This document shows, one piece after another, positions 1 to 12,220 of a stretch of DNA of 64,000 nt. The DNA is taken from NCBI RefSeq assembly GCF_036321535.1, contig NC_087436.1, forward strand, positions 84,198,001-84,262,000, read 5' to 3'. The notes under the pieces are model-generated. The model was not told the origin of the DNA. It saw nothing but the letters and a program-made list of their open reading frames with translations, and made no database searches. The position numbers and the translations under genes are program-made. Each line of letters begins with the position of its first letter. Position 1 is the first letter of the stretch. Source of the stretch: Camelus dromedarius (taxonomy: Eukaryota).

Positions 1-1261
1 AGTTGTCAGTTGCTCTCAAAGTACTTGCTCTTCAAATTCATTAACAATGTGTTTTAAATTTTTTCTTGAAATTACACATTCACAGCTTGATTAAAATTAA
101 CTAAGTACTTCTCACCTACTATGTCTTTTATACATAAAAATAAGTCCTTAGTTCCAATACTCTTTGATCCTCTTTCCAGTTCATAGAAAAATGGTTTGTG
201 ATTTGATGTTTTTTTAATCAAATAAGAATGGATTTATAAAATACACTTTCACTCTCCCTTTGATAGAATATAGAAACATGAAAAGAAAAATCTTCCATTC
301 CTGTGTCATCATGACTCCTCCTTAATCATCATCCATACATTTGTTTGGAGAAACTTATGATGTAGCAAATGGCTGAGACCCAGGCTTCCGACTTTAAGAG
401 AATTCCTGGGTTTGGGTAAATCCTCAATTCCATCCTTCAAATTATGGGGATCAAATTATCCTAGCCCTGTCAGATTCAGAGCTGCTCTGCATGTTTTGAA
501 AGTTGAGCTGTGATTTTTTTTATCCACTTATGTAAACCCAGTGAGTCTCCACAAGTAACAGAAATCCAGTTAACTAAAATGTTAGTCCTATAATGAGGCT
601 AAGTAAAATGCTATGTGAAAGCAATCATCGAATTTTCACCATCCTTTAGATTGTTTGACTATTTCCAATTCTGAAATACTAAGTCTCTTTTTGTTGAGGT
701 TTTCATCTCTTCCTAAGAGTGGTGCAAATCACATCAATGAGATGTGAATTTTTGGTTGTAAACTCATCTTCAGCCAAAATTGTTTTTGCTGTGAATTTCT
801 CATGAGCCCTGGATAGTAGAATTATCTTTACTGAGAGGTTTCTTTTTTGATTTTGCAAGACCCTGGAGAGTTTAGATGGTCATGAGCAGTTTTTAGATTA
901 ATTTATTACCTTATATGCCTAGAGTTCCTGCAGCACATAGGTAGTGTAAAGCCCAGAATTGGGGCTTTGATTTCTCACCAGTGATGTGTACTTTTAATAC
1001 TCAAAGTCTTGGACAGAAGGCAAGCTGCCATATCTACTTCCCCAGGCCAGTGGGAAGAGTTTTCTGGCTCATGGTTTATGGACAGGGCAGTTCTTTAATG
1101 TTCCAAGATTTATTCAGAGGCTAAATTCCAGTTCTCCTATTCCACCTGGGCAAAAGTCATCATATTTTCTGTCCCCAGCCTAGTTTTTAGAGTTCATAAT
1201 TGAGCCTGAAATCCATCCAAATTTTGGATGGAAAGCAAGTAATAAGAAATAGTAAACTCAA

Positions 1262-2191
1262 CAGAAACAAAGCAATCCTCTGATGGAGATACACAAATGG
1301 CTAATAGGCACATGAAAAAATGTTCAGTATTGCTAATAATCAGAGAAATGCAAATCAAAACTACAATGAGGTATCACTTCACACCAGTCAGAATGGCCAT
1401 CATTCAAGAGTCCACAAATGATAAATTGCTGGAGAGGGTATGGAGAAAGGGGAACCCTCCTACACTGTTGGTGGGAATGTAGTTTGGTGGAGTCATTATG
1501 GAAAACAGTATGGAGATTCCTCAAAAGACTAAAAATAGACTTATCATATGATCCAGCAATCCCACTGCTGGGCATATATTCAGAGAAAATCTTAATTCAA
1601 AAAGATACAGGCACCTCAGTGTTCATAGCAGCACTATTTACAATAGCCAAGACATGGAAACAACCTAAATATCCATCGACAGATGACTGGATAAAGAGGT
1701 TGTGGTATATTTATACAATGGAATAGTACCCAGCCATAAAAAAGAATAAAATAATATCATTTGCAGCAACATGGATGGACCTGGAGATTGTCATTCTAAG
1801 TGAAGTAAGCCAGAGAGAGAAGAAAAATACCATATGACATTACCCATATATGGAATCTAGAAAAACACACATGCACACAAATAAACTTATTTACAAAAGA
1901 GAAACAAACTCACAGACATAGGAAACAAACTTATGGTGACCGAGGGGAAGGGGTGGGAAGTGATAAATAGAGAGTTCGAGATTTGCAGATACTAATATAT
2001 ATAAAATAAACAAGAAGTTCATACTGTATAGCACAGGGAACTATATTCAATCTCTTGTAGTAACTGATGGTGAAAAAGAATATGAAAATGAATATGTAAT
2101 GTTCATGTATGACTGAAGTATTATGCTGTACATCAGAAATTGACACAATATTGTAAAATGACTATCTTCAATAAAAATATATATACAAAAA
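1262..2191 (+). mobile_element. 5'-truncated young L1 (ORF2 C-terminus + 3' UTR + A tail)
   Basis: ORF2 C-terminal peptides ([35 protein letters not shown]); perfect 18-bp TSD AAGAAATAGTAAACTCAA at 1244-1261 and 2192-2209. Confidence 0.95.
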
Positions 2192-2468
2192 AAGAAATAG
2201 TAAACTCAAAAGGAATATTAAAAGGGCTTTATTTTGTTTTGAATGCTAATTTTGAAGTGATATGTGAATTTGGGTCTGTTGGAGAGGCTGTTTCTCACAT
2301 TGTCTCCCTATAAAAGACACCATGATATTGTCCATTACATATCATTTAAACATCCATGTTAAACATCCATATTTAACATTCATATAGGTAAGACCAGGGC
2401 CAATTTAGGGCGAAAGTTCATAAATTGAGGGGCTCCTGGACCTTGTTGGGGCAGGGATCAAGAAGCAT

Positions 2469-2700
2469 GGCAGTGTGGTGAAGTGGAAAAAACTGACCTT
2501 GGTGCCAGGTACATCTGGGTTCAAGTCCTGTCTCTGGCATTTACTAGCTATATGACTTTGGGAACATCAATTAACCTTTCTGAGCCTAAGTTACTTTTCT
2601 ACAAAATGAGGCTAATAGTGATTGCCTTTCAGTGTTGCTGACAGTATTAAATTATGTAAGTACCATAAGAGCTGTATCACACACACGATTAACTTACGTA
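2469..2700 (+). mobile_element. MIR SINE
   Basis: CTGGGTTCAAGTCCTG..CATTTACTAGCTATATGACTTTGGG..AACCTTTCTGAGCCT..TACAAAATGAGG MIR core. Confidence 0.8.
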
Positions 2701-2763
2701 AATTCAATACTTCCCTTTTTTCTCCTTTGCTCTCTTTTATATAATTAAACACCCTGAAATACT

Positions 2764-2910
2764 TTTTTGTTGTTGTTGTTTTCATTCCCCCCCCCCTTTT
2801 TTTGGTGGGGGGGGAGGGAATCAAGTTTTTTTTTAATGGAAGTACTTGGGATTGAACCCAGGAACTCATGCATGCCAGGCATGTGCTCTGCTCCTGAGCT
2901 ATACCTTCCC
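2764..2910 (-). mobile_element. Camelid tRNA-Ala-derived SINE (vic-1 type)
   Basis: Reverse strand GGTATAGCTCAG..GGGTTCAATCCCC A/B boxes; TSD CCTGAAATACT at 2753-2763 and 2911-2921. Confidence 0.9.
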
Positions 2911-3160
2911 CCTGAAATACTCTTTTTATTTATCATTTTTATCACATATGCAAGGTGTATGTTTTACATCAACATATACATGACTCTATGTATATGGTAT
3001 TTTCTGAGGGATTTAAGGAATTTTCAAGATTCACTTTAACCCTATGCATTTTACTAAACATGCTTGCCTCTGAATCTCACTCACACATGAGATGAGTTTC
3101 CATTGTCCTCACAGGTGTTCAGCAATCTCTATTTTCCTCCTTTTGCCTTTATTTGGCTCT

Positions 3161-3275
3161 TTTTAGAGGGGGATAATTAGATTTATTTATTATTGTTTTT
3201 AATGGAGGTTCTAGGGATTGAACCCAGAATCTCATGCATGCTAAGCACACGCTCTACCACTGAGCTATACCCTCC
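3161..3275 (-). mobile_element. Camelid tRNA-Ala-derived SINE (vic-1 type)
   Basis: Reverse strand GGGTATAGCTCAGTGGTAGAGCGTGTGCTTAGCATGCATGAG..GGGTTCAATCCC; TSD-like TATTTG(G/C)CTCT flanks. Confidence 0.9.
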
Positions 3276-3669
3276 ATACTATTTGCCTCTTTGTTTTAGG
3301 CTCTTACTAATATACTTGATGTTCTCATGCTGCCAGTCTCAAGTCTTGTGAAACGAAAGCATGCCTTTATGATAGGCAGTAAGAGAAGATTGGTTAATGC
3401 CTTCCTAGACTATCACTGCAGTGTGGGAGCGGGAGTTGAGTAGCAGAGATCAACCAAAAGGCATGTGTGGGAGATTATCAAGCATGAGTAGGAGAGGTAT
3501 TTTGAAGTGAAGGTGGGCAGGGAGTTTCTCTGAGTCTCAGATTTGTCATTACCAGGCAACCACCAACTTTATCTCCATGTAAGTCAGCCCTGTGACTAGA
3601 GAAGCTTTATACTAATGATTCCACAGTGGACCTGGGAGACTTCCATGTCTGAGAATTTAGATACCCATG

Positions 3670-3980
3670 ATCCTTTTTGCTGATTGCATTGTACAGATGT
3701 AGCATAATTTATTTAACCAATCCCCTCTTGATGGACATTTCAGTTACTTCCAGTGTTTCACCATTATAGACAATGCAGTGGTGACTATCCCAATAGACAC
3801 GCCTCTGTGTCTCTGAACTCTTAGATCATTGGGGTAAATTCTTACAAGTTGAATTGCTGTCAAAAGATATGTGTATTTAAAATGTTGATGTATAGCAACA
3901 AATTATTTTCTAGAAAATTTGTAACAATTTAAGTATTTAATAAGAGAGAGTGTTTTTTCTTACATCCTTGCCTAGAGTGC
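3670..3980 (-). mobile_element. Ancient L1 (L1M-type) 3' fragment
   Basis: Degenerate CATAATTTATTTAACCAATCCCCTCTTGATGGACATTT..GAATTGCTG..CAAA pattern of antisense L1 ORF2 end. Confidence 0.7.
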
Positions 3981-4029
3981 ACACTGACAGCTTCCCTCCC
4001 CGAGTTTTTTTCTTTATAGAGCCTGTAAA

Positions 4030-4235
4030 GTACGGTAGTTAAGAACACAAGCTATGGCTCCAAATTACCTAAGTTATAATCATGGCTCCACCACTTTCTA
4101 GCTGTGACCTTGAGCAAACTGTATAATCTCTCTGTGCCTCATTTCTATTACCTATAAAATGGGATCATAGTAGTACTTACCTTTGAGTTGTTGTACACTT
4201 TTAGTGAACTAATTTTGTAAAGCGCTTAGTAATAG
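4030..4235 (+). mobile_element. MIR SINE
   Basis: GGCTCCACCACTTTCTAGCTGTGACCTTGAGCAA..TCTCTCTGTGCCTCATTT..TATAAAATGGGAT. Confidence 0.85.
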
Positions 4236-4318
4236 AGCTGAATATCTCAGGTTGAGAAATGTGAAATGATCAATTTTAAGGTTCGAAAGCAGTGAAAAAA
4301 AATCAGCAGTAAATGTAA

Positions 4319-4678
4319 GCTAAAGTGAAATAAGTCAGGAAGGGAAAGGCAAATACTGTATGTTATCACTTATATGTGGAATCTAAAAAATAAAACAAAC
4401 CAGTGAATATAACCAAAAAAAGAAGAAAACTCACAGATACAGAGAACAAACTAGTGGTTTCCAGTGAGGGAGGCGGTGGGCAGTACAGGGACAGGGGAAT
4501 AAGAGGTACAAACTATTAGGTTTAAAATAAACTATAAGGATATATTGTACAACACAGGGAATATAGACAATATTTTGCAATAACTATAGATGGAATATAA
4601 CCTTTAAAAATTGTGAATCACCATATTGTACACCTGTAACTTATATAATATTGTACAGCAACTATACTTTAATAAAGA
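4319..4678 (+). mobile_element. L1 3' UTR fragment
   Basis: AAGTGAAATAAGTCAG..TCACTTATATGTGGAATCT..ACAAACTAGTGGTT..CAACTATACTTTAATAAA. Confidence 0.9.
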
Positions 4679-4789
4679 AGTAAGATATTATCTTTGTACA
4701 ACTGATAGGAGACAAATAGTATGGTCTTTCGAATTTAATACAGCTGCTATCTAATTAAAACAGGTCAGTACTGAACCATGAATTGCCAA

Positions 4790-5400
4790 ATCAATGCCTC
4801 AGGAAAGGGAACTCAGAAACCAGCCCCAAAACTGAAAATTTAGGGTATGATAAAGGTGGCATTTCAAATCAGAAGAAACAAGGATTTTTTTAGTAAATAG
4901 TGCTGTGAAAATTGGCTGGCTATCTGGAGAAAAACAAAGCTAAGTCTCCAGTTAATGCTCTACACTGAAACAAATTTCAAATGGAGAAAAGATGCGAACC
5001 TAAAAAGTATAACCTATAAACTATTAGAAGAAAACATTGGAAAAATTATTTAAAATCCCAGAATGAGAAAAAGACATGTAACCTTGAATTCATAAAAAAG
5101 AATATTAAATTATCAAAAATTTCTGCCTGGAAAAAATACCTTTAACAAGGTAAAACCTCAGAAAAATACTTAAAACAATTATGCCAGACAAAATGCTAAT
5201 TTCCTTTATATACAAAGAACTCTAACAAAACAATAAGAAAAATACCAACAACATAGAAAGAAAAAAATGGATGAAGGGTATGAATAGGCAGTTCACAGAA
5301 AAAGCTTTTCAACGTTGGAAGAGATGCTCAAATTCACTCATCATTAAAGAAGTGCAAATCAAAACAACATATTATTTTTCACCCAGCATATTGGCTAAGA
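4790..5400 (+). mobile_element. Ancient L1 (L1M-type) ORF2 fragment
   Basis: TATGATAAAGGTGGCATTTCAAATCAG..CTATTAGAAGAAAACAT..GAATAGGCAGTTCACAGAA..GTGCAAATCAAAACAAC. Confidence 0.8.
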
Positions 5401-5818
5401 GTTGTACTGCTTGATTCTTTTTATTGCGTGTATACTTCTTTTAATTAAATAATAGTAGTGTTTCAACAAAACAGCAGTTTAAGCCAATCTGCAAGCTAAA
5501 AATAATAACATGTAACAGTGAATTTTGAAACCAGAAATCAAAAACAAATTTTCTCCATTTATTTAGAGTTTACCAAAAATCTTGCTTTATTTCAACCTGT
5601 CTGAGATCATTAGGTAAATGAACTCTTCCTGCTGTAATTAAACCATGAGTATTATATAGTATATTCTTTAAGAGAGGCAAAGCACCCTTTTCCATCATCT
5701 TTCTCCTCTTCCCTGTGCTGCCCTCAAGAAGAAAGCTGGCATGGATTGTTCAAATTCTAGGACTCTTACTGGGTCAAATTTATGAATGCTCAATGTACAT
5801 TAAAATGTCCCTCATTTT

Positions 5819-6025
5819 TATTTGTACATATTAACCACTATATATGAAAATAGATAAAAAGCAAATTTCTTCTGTATAGCACAGGGAACTATATTCAATA
5901 TCTTGTAGTAAACTTTAATGAAAAAGAATATGAAAATGAATATATGTACATATATGCATGTTTGGGTCATTGTGCTGTACACCAGAAATTGACACATTGT
6001 AACTGACTGTACTTCAGTTAAAAAA
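5819..6025 (+). mobile_element. Heavily 5'-truncated young L1 (3' UTR only)
   Basis: CTGTATAGCACAGGGAACTATATTCAATATCTTG; perfect 17-bp TSD AAAATGTCCCTCATTTT at 5802-5818 and 6026-6042. Confidence 0.95.
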
Positions 6026-6127
6026 AAAATGTCCCTCATTTTGAGTGTGGGAAGACTGAAACTCAGTACTCTCTTCTCTTTCCATGCTGCTGCAGAACTG
6101 GAGGGTGTCAGGGCCCATTCCTAGCTC

Positions 6128-6215
6128 TGTGTGTGTGTGTGAGTGTGTGTGTGTGTGTTTGCACATGTGAGAGAGAGAGAGAGAGACCCACGTGTGAGAG
6201 AGAGAGAAAGAGACC
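6128..6215. repeat. Compound (TG)n/(GA)n microsatellite
   Basis: Imperfect TG run followed by two GA runs, each ending GAGACCCA. Confidence 0.9.
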
Positions 6216-6313
6216 CATGTAGTAAGTGGACAAAGGGCCCACTTACCCCAGCTCTACCCAAGGCCAGCCCAGTCATGCTTCTGATACTTCTGCTCTTTTC
6301 TCCCTTCAATTTC

Positions 6314-6480
6314 TTTTTTTAAAAAAACTGATTAATTAATTTTTATTTTGGGGGTAGGGGAGGCAATTAAGTATGTATGTATGTATGTATGTATTTATTT
6401 ATATGGAGGTACTGGGATTGAACCCAGCATCTCGTACATGCTAAGCACAAGCTCTACCAGTGAGATATATCCTTTCTCCT
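6314..6480 (-). mobile_element. Camelid tRNA-Ala-derived SINE with (ATAC)n in tail
   Basis: GGAGGTACTGGGATTGAACCCAGCATCTCGTACATGCTAAGCAC..CTCTACCAGTGAG. Confidence 0.85.
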
Positions 6481-7125
6481 TCCCCCTTTGATCTCTGACA
6501 GACCAGAGTCTGTTCTTTTTCCTGGTTCCTTTCTTCACAGACACACCCAGTGCTCACTCCCCCAGCAACAGCGTAGGCCAGCTCAGCACTAGGCAATGAA
6601 AACAAGTACTCTCTATCTTGCCGCCCACATGCTTCTTTCTGGATACATTCTCTGTGTCCTGCTGGATGCGTCAGGTTGGCTTTTGGTCTGAAGTTTCTTA
6701 GTCCAGATTGGCCAAAAAGGACTGATCCACATGTTTACTCCAGATCACTCAAGTTCTCTTCATTGAGCATTAGACCCAAGCCCAGCCAGCAATGAAGGCA
6801 CACCACCTACTCCTGGGAGTAAGTCATCAGTGCAACTTCCAGACATCTTGCTAAACGGGAAGGGGACTTGCTTAGAATTGGCTAAAGGGTCAAGAGCAGC
6901 TGGCCTGCAGTTGAGGGGACTGAGGAACATAGAAACGGACTTGAATTTTGACAGGTTGTTCAGTCCAGTGCCAGGGCATAGCAGGGGCTCAATAAATGTT
7001 GATTGTGGTGATGACTGAGATTGGGAAGACAAAAGACACACATAGGAAATCATTTTTTCCACAATGTCAGAATGTGTCATCAAATATTACATTATGAGAC
7101 ACAGTATCATGTAGGACAGTTAAAA

Positions 7126-7261
7126 TTTTTTTTTAATTTCTACTTTTTTTGGAGGGGGAGGTAATTAGGTTTATTTATTTTTTCACGGAGGTGCTGGGGA
7201 TTGAACCCAAGACCTCATGCATGCTAAGCACACACTCTACCACTGAGCTACACCCTCCCCC
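7126..7261 (-). mobile_element. Camelid tRNA-Ala-derived SINE (vic-1 type)
   Basis: GGAGGTGCTGGGGATTGAACCCAAGACCTCATGCATGCTAAGCACACACTCTACCACTGAGCTACACCCTCCCC. Confidence 0.92.
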
Positions 7262-7444
7262 ATTATGTAGGAGATTGTACTCGTTAGGATAAAGGCTATG
7301 CTACTGCAACAAAACCCCCCACACATTTGGCTGAAAGAGGATAGAAGTTTATTTCTCTGATATGACAACCATCGGTCTAGGCTGTCAAGACTGCACTACT
7401 CTGCGAAGTCATTCAGTCAATGCTTCTCCCACTGTTGCTTAGGA

Positions 7445-8523
7445 TTGCCGCTCCCAAACTGTGCACCAGGTTGTCCCAAAGAGCCTCAGTGAACTCGCAG
7501 GACCACCACAGGATGTGTCAAATTTTTGAGGAAAAACAGTGATCCTCAATATCCAACAGACATCACATAAACTACTAGCTTGAGGTAGTTCAGTTTTAAT
7601 GTTAGCACGGCTTTCCTTTTAATGACCTCATATCTTTGGGAAGCTAGGTTTTTGGTGGCTGCTGTGATAAAAAGCAAGCAAATCCGTGTGGAACAGGGAA
7701 TGGGGTGTCCGATCTGATTCCAAGGCTTGAGGAGCTGTGCAGCGTCCTGTAGTGTACACATCCCATCACTAAGTGACTGCAGTTGTTAAAAGGTAAAACA
7801 TTTTCCCTTCAATTTACACATATCATTTGTTGCAGATGCCCATTAAATGCTGGGAGACAGTTCCCCATGGATCTCTCATGGTTTTGCATGTTTGAAGCAG
7901 AGGCACTGACCACCTTTAATCCAGGCAGTTTTTTCAAGGTAGTTTGTATAGCTAATAAGTTTGGGAGACAGGGATAGTGACTCTCCGGAACACAGAACAG
8001 GGCTACTGACTGTATAGTACAGTAGAAATATTGTCACCCTCCAGGGCAAAGGTCAGGCAGCCTTACTACCCATGATCAAAGATTCAGGTTGCCAAATCTC
8101 AGTAACCTATGATTCAGGTTACCTCTCCTGTAACACAGCCCATGGCACGTGCAGGTGTCACATCACCGTCTTTGCACAGCCCCATAGGAACTGGGGCTCA
8201 GGAAACCAGATCCCATGTTGACACTCTGACTATTGCCACTGCCATGAGTAATGCATTCCTTCATCTCTGACCCAGGAGTCTCATTTCTTCTGCCAACACC
8301 CATGAAACTGTGGCTGGCTAACTCATTAGTTTACAAATAGGATAAAATCTCAGACCCTTTACAGTTCTTGACACTAAGTGGTTAGGACACAAGCACTTAT
8401 GAGGTTGTTTGGACAAAGTGATTTAAAAAACAGAACTATTTGTTCTTTCTTTTGGCCCAGGAGCACCATGGTAAAATTACTGAGACATATGAGTGCTATG
8501 CACTAGAAAGTTTAGGAACATCG
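7445..8523 (+). mobile_element. hAT-Charlie non-autonomous DNA transposon, split by an LTR
   Basis: Degenerate TIRs (CTCCCAAACT / AGTTTAGGAAC); 7625-7678 translates TSYLWEARFLVAAVIKSK, a remnant of the hAT dimerisation motif (TSYLCE.GFS..IK.K). Confidence 0.8.
7848..8373 (+). mobile_element. ERV solo LTR (old MER/LTR family)
   Basis: TG...CA ends (TGCTGGGAGACAG / ACAGTTCTTGACA); U5-like TCTCTGACCCAGGAGTCTC; degenerate 5-bp flanks TTAAA/CTAAG. Confidence 0.8.
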
Positions 8524-9206
8524 GGCTGAGTGCCTTGTTCTCATCTACATGTTTAAAGGTGAGACCTGTCACTTTCCAGCTGGCAGGGAGGGAAAAGGAG
8601 AAAGTCCAGGGGAGCAATTTCTTTTAAAAAGCAAACCGATCACGAGTTACACACATCTCTCCTGCTCATGTACCATTGGTGAATGCAGTCACATGGCTAC
8701 AGCCATCTGCAAAAGGAAGCTGGGAACTGGAATCTCTACACGAGTGCTCATATGTTTGGCCTAAAATCTGTGTCTATGGAAGAAGTGGAGATGGATTTTG
8801 GCAGACAACCAGCATTTTCCACCACAGAGATATTTCCCTATGGTTATTGTTGTTTGAGATAGTAGCGCAGGGTGAGATGTATAAACAATCTTTTAGTATC
8901 TTCACTGTGAGCTGGCTTGGGATGGCTTTTATCTGAGAGGCATTTGCCTTGGTAATCTCTGCAGATTTCTTCCTTCCTTAGCCTCTCTGGGCATCCTACC
9001 CTAATCCTTACTTTCAGGAACGCGTTAATGAGAATCGTTTATTGACAGACTCTGGCGAGACTTCTTGTCCTGGGTGGGAGGCCCTGGGACTTGCAACGTG
9101 CATGGCTGGGCTTACAGCTCTTGGTGAAGGGGGCAGCAGTGAGTTGGGAAGGGATACTGGACTCATGTTTATAACATGGTGGACTAACAACATTTTGCAC
9201 CAATCA

Positions 9207-10540
9207 GGCAGGGTGGATCCAGGCTTTGATGTGCCCAAAGCTTATACAATTTGGGGGCTCTTGTTAGAAAAATATGAAATTATAAATACAAAACTAAATA
9301 GGTATAAAGAACACACAAAAATATCTTAGAATGAAAAAATATATTATAGTAATTTTCTAATGTAAAAAGGCTGGCAAATACTACAAACATCAACAAATCT
9401 AAAAAAAAAAATTTTTTTTCATTAACTGTCCAACATGCTTCTATAAAATTTTGGGATCATTTTTATATCTCAGTAATTCTAAAAAACACATAAAATTAAT
9501 CTGAAATTGAGGCATACAGAAGAGCAATTTTAAATTGCTTCTTGTATTGATCTATATAATTATGTAATCAAGTTATTTTTATATTACTTATATTGACTTA
9601 TTAATGAATACTTGTGGGACTTTTGATATAGGAACATTGCTTCTTCAGGCCATTTTGCTGTGTTTATGGCAATGCTGTTTGTTTTCATCAACCAACAGAC
9701 CTTTTCAGCACAAGAAACATCAGATGTGCTAAGAGGTGATCTGATCTGATGCATAAAACATGAGACCTTATATAGAGATGTGCTTGCCATTGATAATACT
9801 GCTCCAGGTATATATCCTATAAACCTAGGAATTGTGATCAATTGTATTTTGCAAGATTCCCATCAAAAAAGAAAAAAATGTGATGCATTAACACTTGCAT
9901 ACACTGTACCATCAAGTATATTTTGGAAGTAGCAAACTTTTAAGTAGGTTTCCATGAGAACTGAGCCTTTCACATACAACTGTACACATCTGGTAACTGT
10001 AAGAACTTTCTGAAGACTAGCTTTTGGTCCCCTACTTTCCAAACCTTATTTCTCCTCCATTACTAACAACTATTTCTGGTGCTGGGTACCATGGGACACG
10101 CTCTTGTCACAATTTCCCCTTGGCTCTGCACTTTCAAGTGATGGTGCCAGATGAGCTGGCATGGTAGGGTTAGGAGTATTCCTAGAAGCCACTTCTATAC
10201 CAGGAGGCCTGGTAATAACATAACCAAACATGGAAGTGACTACAAACCACAGAAATGTAGGCCAGTCAATCCAAACTTTATATATCCTCAACTCAACTTC
10301 TCTTTAGCCAGATAACGAAAATGCCTGCAGACACTCATCGCTACTCAGTAGGAAAAGACTGAAAGTGAGAAAGTCGGAGAGGAAAGACATGGTGGTCTTA
10401 AGACCATTGTTGTTGAAATATCTTTATTTTCCAAACTTTATAAAGACATAACCATTGGAACACATTGTGAGGGCTGCTCAATGGGCCTTGGATGAGGCAT
10501 GAACAAGTGAAGCTTAACCTCTCTTAGCTTCCTTTGGCTA
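9207..10540 (-). mobile_element. hAT-Tip100 DNA transposon (Arthur1-like)
   Basis: End motifs CAGGGTGGATCCAGG..AAGCTTATACAATTTGGGGG and GGGCCTTGGA..TGAAGCTTAA..TTAGCTTC recalled from Arthur1; AT-rich interior. Confidence 0.65.
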
Positions 10541-10604
10541 GAGGTTGTGAGTGACCACAAGGAGATCCCTGTCAAAACAAATGCAATATCCTCAAAAACC
10601 AATT

Positions 10605-10790
10605 ACCATTTTAAAGCACTTTACAGAACGTTCATACTCATCATTATATTTGATCCTCAGAGCAGCCTTTATGTTGCCAAAGCAGATACCAAAACCTTGG
10701 GAGGTAAAATGTTTTGCCCCAGGCAAGTGAAATCTCCTGGACTCAACACTGAGGTCTTTTATCTTCAGAATTCATACCCTTTCTACTCTA
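10605..10790 (-). mobile_element. MIR SINE fragment
   Basis: AGCACTTTACAG..ATTATATTTGATCCTCA..GAGGTAAAATG..TTGCCCCAGG. Confidence 0.55.
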
Positions 10791-11694
10791 CAGAAAAGAC
10801 TCATACATTTTTGCATAACGTATATTAATTGCTTAGTAAATATTCATGGGACAAATGAAAGAAAAAAAAGTCAAGCAGGAGCCAGGAATCCTTTAAGCAA
10901 TGAAAGAAAGACAATCCTTCAGCAGGAAGGAAAGTGGGCCAGAATCCCACCTTTCCAGTGGGGACAGATACGTTCCCTACATCTCTTCAAGGTGTCAACC
11001 TGTTTTACATGCCCCGTTGCCCCGGCCAGTGTTATAGAGAACAAAACACAGATGATTACTCTGTAAAAGGGCTCTGGGTCCACATGTTCTCATAAAGCAG
11101 TTTCTATTTTTCTGGGTTACAGGTGGGGAGTGGGTTGGATTGCCCTCTGTGGGTGGGGGTGGGGCAATGGGGAGCAGATGGGTGAGCCTTAATTAGGGCT
11201 AATTGTAGCTTTGGCACATAATGAAAATATGCCCAGATAGATTTTTGGTGAACGTGTCATTCGCCAGTTCAGTGGGTTGCCTAACTTTAGTTGTTAAGCA
11301 AGAGGAGGCAGGAAAGGAAATCTGCACTTTGAATGGAAAGAGCAGCTGGTTGATCTTTATTCCAGACGCAGTGAGATCGGTGATCCGCTCTGTGCTTCTC
11401 TTCTGCTTTGTCAGGCCTCAGACAGATGGGGCCTTTAACGCTGAATTCCAACACCTTAACAGCAGACAAACCGATGGAAACTTATGAAAGTTGACTTAAC
11501 ATGGCCCAGTCCTTTCAGGAATCTCGTGGGTCTCTGGAATTTCTGACAGCTCAATTTCTACTATTTAGCATGAAGGCAGAGAAGGGCTTATTTAAAACTA
11601 GGGCCCAGTAATTGGGGGAGTTGAATGGTCAGTGTAGGGAGGTCTTAGCTGAGGTGAGGTCTATTCAGAATCCTTTCCATCTACATTTAAAACT

Positions 11695-12220
11695 TGAAAG
11701 ATTTCCTTACTCCCCTCAGGATAAAAGCCAGACTCTATGGTAACCCATCAGGACTTGTGAGTCCTGACCTCTTCCCTCTCTTCCACTCCCTGTCCTCCAG
11801 CCACAGTGGTGACCCTTTTGGGCCTCACACATGCCACCCGCTTTCTGCCTTGTGGCCTTTGCATACATTGTTCCCCTGGAATTTCACAGTTTTGGCTTCT
11901 TGTTATCTTTCAGGTCTCAGCTTAGATCACTGTCTCAGTGTGGCCATCTCTGACCACCTCCTCTCAAGTAGCAGCATAATGGCCTCCTGCCACCCCTACC
12001 TGCCATCACCTCACTGTTTGCCCCCTGGTACTTCTTAGTCTATAATGTTCTTTATTTAATGGTTTCCTTACTTATTTTCTGCTTCCTCCACTAGACTGTA
12101 AGCTCCATAAGGGCAGAGAACTTATTTCTCTTATTCACCAGCATTATCTCAGCTCCTAACACAGTGTCCAGTCTGTGGTAGGTGCTCTGTACCTATTTAT
12201 TGACCAAAGATGGAAAGAAT
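11695..12220 (+). mobile_element. L2 3' end
   Basis: GGCCTTTGCATAC..CTAGACTGTAAGCTCCATAAGGGCAG..TTATTCACC..ACAGTG..GTAGGTGCTC..TATTTATTGA. Confidence 0.85.

Larger units (their letters stand above)
7280..8826 (-). mobile_element. Old MaLR LTR (MLT1J/K-like), split by a hAT element (pieces ~7280-7440 and ~8525-8826)
   Basis: GCTATGCTACTGCAACAA..AGAAGTTTATTTCTCT and CATTGG..AGTCACATGGCTACA..CTGCAAAAGGAAGCTGGGAA..CCACCACA. Confidence 0.6.

Noticed and set aside
7180..7261. tRNA-Ala-like sequences (here and at 7 other sites)
   Set aside because: SINE bodies with A-rich tails, TSDs and stem-breaking mutations, not tRNA genes
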